Below are positions 59,602 to 64,000 of a stretch of DNA of 64,000 nt, one piece after another. Position 1 is the stretch's first letter, and each line of letters opens with the position of its first letter. Made by a program: the position numbers and the translations under genes. A model generated the notes under the pieces. The model ran no database searches. It was not told where the DNA came from and saw nothing but the letters and a program-made list of their open reading frames with translations. Origin of the DNA: Candidatus Aminicenantes bacterium (GTDB taxonomy: Bacteria; Acidobacteriota; Aminicenantia; Aminicenantales; CALLJL01); contig JAOAFQ010000191.1 in NCBI GenBank assembly GCA_026416195.1, positions 28,719 through 92,718 on the forward strand. The letters are read 5' to 3'.

Positions 59602-60762
59602 ATGAGAATTATTCTTTTTACAGGGAAGGGCGGTGTAGGAAAAACCACCCTGTCTGCTTCGACAGCTGTTATTTCCGCTCGTCGCGGCTATAAGACTTTG
59701 GTTATTTCAACCGATGCGGCTCATAGCCTTTCTGATTCCTTTGAAGTCCCTCTTGAAAATACGCCCCGAGAAATTTTCCCCAATCTTTATGGCCAAGAAA
59801 TTAATGCTCTTGAACAGGTAGAAAAAAGATGGGGAGAGATCAAAGATTACCTCATTGCCTTTTTTTCCTCCCAAGGAATTGATTCGATTGAAGCGGAAGA
59901 GCTAAGTGTTTTTCCCGGAATGGAGGAGCTTTTTAGCTTAATGGAAATTCGTAATTACTATCGGAGCAACGATTTCGATGTCGTCATTGTCGACTGTGCA
60001 CCGACAGGTGATACCCTTAGATTACTTTCAGCGCCAGAAATAACGGATTGGTATCTAAAGCATATTTTCCCCATTGGCCGAACTGCGGCTAAAGCCGTTC
60101 GACCATTGGCCAGTCGAGTTCTTCCTTTCCCTTTTCCTGAAGACAGTGTCTTTGAAGCGATCAAAAATATTTCCTTGCAATTAGCTGAAATGAAAGAAAT
60201 CCTGGAAAACGGTGAAAAGACCACTATCCGTTTGGTGGTCAATCCGGAAAAGATGGTAATTAAAGAAGCTCAACGGGCCTACATGTTTTTCAATCTCTTC
60301 GGTTACACTGTTGATTTAATCCTAGTCAATCGTCTCTTGCCCCCTGAAGTCGAGGATACCTATTTTGAAAGATGGAAAGATCTACAACATGAATATTTAC
60401 AGATGATTGAAGAAATCTTTTCTCCCCTACCCATAGTTACCCTGCCCTTGTATCAAAAAGAAATTGTCGGTCTCGCCGCTCTCGAACAGGTCGGTGAAGC
60501 CCTCTATGGAAGTAAAGATCCGGCGGCCATTTTTTGCCAACAACGGCCCATTGAAATTGAAAAACTTGACGGCGGTTATAGCCTGTCCATCAGGCTTCCC
60601 TTTATCGAAAAAAAGGATGTTCAGCTTTATAAAAAAGGAGAAGAACTTTTTATCCGAGTTGGCTCCTTTAGACGAAATATTCTTATCCCTCGAATGCTTT
60701 TAGGCCGAGAGGTCCAATCAGCCCGAATGGATGGGAATAAATTAAAAATTTTCTTTGTCTAA
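59602..60762 (+). CDS. ArsA/GET3/TRC40 family ATPase with C-terminal HSP20-like domain
   Basis: GKGGVGKTT, STDAAHSL, PGMEEL, DCAPTGDTLRLL, NPEKM; C-terminal SIRLPF..ELFIRVGSFRRNILIP. Confidence 0.9.
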   Translation: MRIILFTGKGGVGKTTLSASTAVISARRGYKTLVISTDAAHSLSDSFEVPLENTPREIFPNLYGQEINALEQVEKRWGEIKDYLIAFFSSQGIDSIEAEELSVFPGMEELFSLMEIRNYYRSNDFDVVIVDCAPTGDTLRLLSAPEITDWYLKHIFPIGRTAAKAVRPLASRVLPFPFPEDSVFEAIKNISLQLAEMKEILENGEKTTIRLVVNPEKMVIKEAQRAYMFFNLFGYTVDLILVNRLLPPEVEDTYFERWKDLQHEYLQMIEEIFSPLPIVTLPLYQKEIVGLAALEQVGEALYGSKDPAAIFCQQRPIEIEKLDGGYSLSIRLPFIEKKDVQLYKKGEELFIRVGSFRRNILIPRMLLGREVQSARMDGNKLKIFFV

Positions 60763-60906
60763 TTTTTTATCATTTTTTTGGGCTTTATATCCCTTTTGGT
60801 TTATAGCTATCCTTCGTGGGATAATTTAAATTAGATACCTTTGTATTTTTTCGGTCCATTTATGATAAAATTAAATAAAATATTGATTTCGAGGGAGGTC
60901 AAAACA

Positions 60907-61119
60907 ATGGCTGAAGCCAGAGGGAAAGAAATAAGACTCGTTCTTCCTGAAGAGCTCTTTAATCTCTTTTTGCCTGAAGAAACTCAGAAGCACCTATTGA
61001 AAGCTAAAAAGGAAATTCTGCTAGCTTTCCGCTCCCTAATTGACGCTAAGATTGAAGCTTTAGAAAAAAGAGAGGAAAAGCTAACTGAAGAAAAAAAGAA
61101 AAAAATCGAAGTCGAATGA
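60907..61119 (+). CDS. Small hypothetical protein following the ArsA-like gene
   Basis: GGGAGG RBS; LPEETQKHLLKAKKEILLAFRSLID helix, ends KKIEVE. Confidence 0.75.
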   Translation: MAEARGKEIRLVLPEELFNLFLPEETQKHLLKAKKEILLAFRSLIDAKIEALEKREEKLTEEKKKKIEVE

Positions 61120-61173
61120 CGTCAAAGCCATTTGACATCTGGCTTCATTTGGGATAAAAGAAAGCCTTTAACC

Positions 61174-61836
61174 ATGAAGATAGCCCAAGATGTTTCCTCC
61201 TTGCCCAAAAAAGGCTTTCGGTTATTGCCTGAAAAGGTGGCTCAATTTGTTCTTTCTGTAGTCAACAATTTATCTTTAAGTCTGGCTCGTCAAAAGGCTA
61301 ATCCCAATATCTTATCAGCTATTGGTCTTATCTTAGGAGCAGTAGCTGGTCTTTTTTTTGCCCTAGGTCAACCTCTTTTAGCTGCTTTTTTCGTTCTTCT
61401 GTGCGGATTTTTTGATATCCTCGATGGTAAAGTGGCTGAAAACTCAGGACGGCGGAGCCTTTTTGGAGCAATATTTGATTCCTCCCTGGATCGTTATTCT
61501 GAGTTTTTTATCTATCTCGGACTCGCCTATTATTTTCGTCATCATTGGAGTCTCTGGCTAATTTTCTTCACCATTCTAGGTTCCTTTATGGTCAGCTATG
61601 CCCGCGCCAGAGCTGAAGGGTTGGGAATGAGGAGCCATATCGGCCTGATGCAAAGGGCAGAAAGGATGATTCTCCTCATTGTTGGCGCCATTGCTGGGGT
61701 CATTTTTGACAAATTAACGATTTCCATGGTGGTCGTTCTCCTTATGATTACGGTAGCTTCGCATATAACTGCCTGGCAAAGAATTTTTTTTGTTCGCCAA
61801 TGGGAAAAAGCTAAATCTCAATCAAAGGAGGTTTAG
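61174..61836 (+). CDS. CDP-alcohol phosphatidyltransferase (PIP-synthase-like)
   Basis: PN.LS, DILDGKVA....RRSLFGAIFDSSLDRYSE, MVSYARARAEGLG, GLMQRAER; start uncertain (61132 or 61174). Confidence 0.88.
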   Translation: MKIAQDVSSLPKKGFRLLPEKVAQFVLSVVNNLSLSLARQKANPNILSAIGLILGAVAGLFFALGQPLLAAFFVLLCGFFDILDGKVAENSGRRSLFGAIFDSSLDRYSEFFIYLGLAYYFRHHWSLWLIFFTILGSFMVSYARARAEGLGMRSHIGLMQRAERMILLIVGAIAGVIFDKLTISMVVVLLMITVASHITAWQRIFFVRQWEKAKSQSKEV

Positions 61837-61839
61837 ACA

Positions 61840-62973
61840 ATGAGCCATAAAATAAGGGTCGCCATTATTGGCGTAGGCAATTGTGCTTCTTCCCTAGTCC
61901 AGGGAGTTTTTTATTATAAAAACGCTAAAGAAACCGATTTCATCCCTGGGGTCATGCATGTTAATCTTGGTGGTTATCACATTAGTGATATAGAATTTAC
62001 GGCTGGTTTTGATATTGATAAAAATAAAGTAGGTAAAGATCTCAGTGAGGCTATTTTTACTCCGCCCAATAATACGACTAAGTTTTGTGACGTTCCTTAT
62101 CTCAATGTGAAAGTCTACCGAGGCATGACCCATGATGGTCTTGGTAAATATCTTTCCCAGATAATTCAAAAGGCCCCTGGCCCAACCGCGGATATAGTTG
62201 GCATTCTAAAAGAAACCAAGACTGATGTAGTCATCAATTTTTTACCTGTTGGCAGTGAAGAAGCCACCAAATGGTATGTTGAGCAGGTTCTCGACGCAGG
62301 TTGTGCTTTTATCAATTGCATCCCCGTTTTCATTGCAAGTGAAAAGTACTGGCAAAAACGTTTTGAAGCTAAAAAATTACCTATTATCGGCGACGACGTC
62401 AAATCTCAAGTCGGCGCAACAATTCTCCATCGTACCTTAGTCAATCTTTATTTAGACCGGGGAATGCCCATTGATCGAACCTATCAGTTAAATACTGGAG
62501 GCAATACTGATTTTCTCAATATGCTTGAAAGAGAAAGACTCCATTCAAAGAAAATCTCCAAAACTAACGCGGTAGTCTCTCAAATAAGAGCCCGAGGCTT
62601 GGATATTGCGCCGGAAAATGTCCATATAGGACCAAGCGATTATGTCCCTTGGCAGAAAGATAACAAAATCTGTTTTATCCGCATCGAAAGCCGCCATTTT
62701 GGCGATGTGCCGACTTATTTAGATGTTCGTTTATCAGTCGAGGATTCACCTAACTCAGCTGGGGTAGTCATTGATGCTATTCGTTGCGCTAAACTAGCTC
62801 TTGATAACGGCATTGGGGGCGCTTTAATTGGACCTTCTGCTTACTTTATGAAAACGCCCCCAAAACAATTTACCGACACCGAAGCTAAGGAGTTGACGGA
62901 AAAGTTCATTGCGACTTATGGCAAAAAGAAACCAATCGTCCCTCCGAAGAAAAGAAAGGTAGCTAAAAAATAG
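61840..62973 (+). CDS. ino1: myo-Inositol-3-phosphate synthase
   Basis: [60 protein letters not shown]. Confidence 0.95.
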   Translation: MSHKIRVAIIGVGNCASSLVQGVFYYKNAKETDFIPGVMHVNLGGYHISDIEFTAGFDIDKNKVGKDLSEAIFTPPNNTTKFCDVPYLNVKVYRGMTHDGLGKYLSQIIQKAPGPTADIVGILKETKTDVVINFLPVGSEEATKWYVEQVLDAGCAFINCIPVFIASEKYWQKRFEAKKLPIIGDDVKSQVGATILHRTLVNLYLDRGMPIDRTYQLNTGGNTDFLNMLERERLHSKKISKTNAVVSQIRARGLDIAPENVHIGPSDYVPWQKDNKICFIRIESRHFGDVPTYLDVRLSVEDSPNSAGVVIDAIRCAKLALDNGIGGALIGPSAYFMKTPPKQFTDTEAKELTEKFIATYGKKKPIVPPKKRKVAKK

Positions 62974-63162
62974 AGCTACCCCTTAATTTTAGGAGCCATT
63001 TTTATTTGTCCTCCTTGTAATTTTGATAAAATATTTAATAAACAGGATCGAAATTTTTTGATTTCCAATTGAAATATATTTTAAGATAAGGCCAAAAAAG
63101 ATTTTTCTAACAGACTAAGGCATTTTAGCGGCTCTAATAAACCGAAATTAAGGGAGAAAATA

Positions 63163-64000
63163 ATGAATCGAGGACGAATAAGCTTATTAACTCTAATCAT
63201 TTTTTCTTTTGGAGGCACATTATTAGCCATTGAAACCGGAGAAATTCGGGGCAGGGTTACTGATGAAAAAGGAATGGCTTTGCCTGGGGTAGAGGTGAAA
63301 ATTCAAGGACCGGCCCTTCAGGGGATAAGAACTACTTTAACCTCAATTAATGGCGATTTCAGGTTACCTCTGCTCCCGGTTGGCTCCTATAGCTTAACCT
63401 TTAGTTTACCTGGATTTTCTCCCAGAATTGAAAAGGAAGTGGTGGTTAGATTAGGCCAAATTACCTATCTTGAAATAATTTTAATCCCTGAAACTTTAAA
63501 AGAAGAAGTCGTGGTTACAGCCGAAATTCCCCTCATCGATCGGACTTCAGCTGATACCAGCTTTCATCTTTCTAGTCGAGATCTGCAAAAACTGCCTTCG
63601 GCCAATCGAACCCTGGTGGACATTGTGAAATTTACTCCAGGGGTAACGGGAGTCCGAGTGAATACTCGAAGAGGAATAGCCACTGAAGGCCAGCCTAGTT
63701 TCCGCGGTGAAGGTGAAGAAGGTAATACATGGATCGTTGATGGTCTAGCAATAAGTGGGGTTAGATTAAGAAGCTCGGGGATGAGGCTAAATTTCGACGC
63801 GGTGGAAGAAGTTCAAATAATTTCTGATCCCTTCAATCCAGAATATGGTTCAGCTTATGGCGGCATTGTCAATTTGGTGACCAAAAGCGGTGGCAATAAT
63901 TTTCATGGAGAGTTTGGCCTGATTTTTCAAGATAAAAGTCTGCAGGCTACTCGCCAGGAACAATTGTCTATTGTCAGTGAACCGAGCTATTTTTCCAATC
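63163..64000 (+). CDS. TonB-dependent receptor (carboxypeptidase-regulatory + plug domains), runs off the window end
   Basis: MNRGRISLLTLIIFSF signal, TGEIRGRVTDEKG.ALPGVEV, FTPGV, EYGSAYGGIVNLVTKSGGNNFHG; open to 64000. Confidence 0.88.
   Translation, partial: MNRGRISLLTLIIFSFGGTLLAIETGEIRGRVTDEKGMALPGVEVKIQGPALQGIRTTLTSINGDFRLPLLPVGSYSLTFSLPGFSPRIEKEVVVRLGQITYLEIILIPETLKEEVVVTAEIPLIDRTSADTSFHLSSRDLQKLPSANRTLVDIVKFTPGVTGVRVNTRRGIATEGQPSFRGEGEEGNTWIVDGLAISGVRLRSSGMRLNFDAVEEVQIISDPFNPEYGSAYGGIVNLVTKSGGNNFHGEFGLIFQDKSLQATRQEQLSIVSEPSYFSN

Noticed and set aside
59602-60762. Arsenic resistance operon
   Set aside because: No arsB/acr3/arsC/arsD adjacent; single ATPase domain with an HSP20-like tail; the ArsR gene is about 28 kb away

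Overview
This is an AT-rich (roughly 40% GC by eye) bacterial chromosomal window from an anaerobic, probably thermophilic, diderm peptide/amino-acid fermenter. The gene style tentatively suggests Aminicenantes/Acidobacteriota (inference only). 0-32 kb is mostly housekeeping: tldD-pmbA, DUF1846, two radical SAM genes, smc, PBP1A, tmk, degP, dapF, a FadL-like porin, thiL, lon, hsp20, nrdR, a stand-alone GMP synthase B subunit, nagB and four tRNAs (Thr-CGT, Gln-CTG, Glu-CTC, Leu-TAA). 32-40 kb is a decaying accessory zone. It holds an orphan ParB-like gene, a ~146-bp direct repeat bracketing a 2.7-kb insert (IS256 relic, gene relics, intact cysteine synthase), a Tat-type alanine racemase and a broken ECF sigma/anti-sigma/TonB cassette. 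40-60 kb is rich in peptidases, transporters, an AOR and an archaeal-type asparagine synthetase. The right end has a Get3/ArsA-HSP20 ATPase, a CDP-alcohol phosphotransferase, ino1 and a truncated TonB-dependent receptor. The top finding is an unannotated, apparently leaderless 36-codon uORF ending in N-A-N-N-N-N-V-P-F, overlapped by a GC-rich hairpin and lying directly upstream of the asparagine synthetase gene. It is a candidate asparagine-sensing ribosome-stalling attenuator. No CRISPR array, rRNA or intact mobile element was seen.
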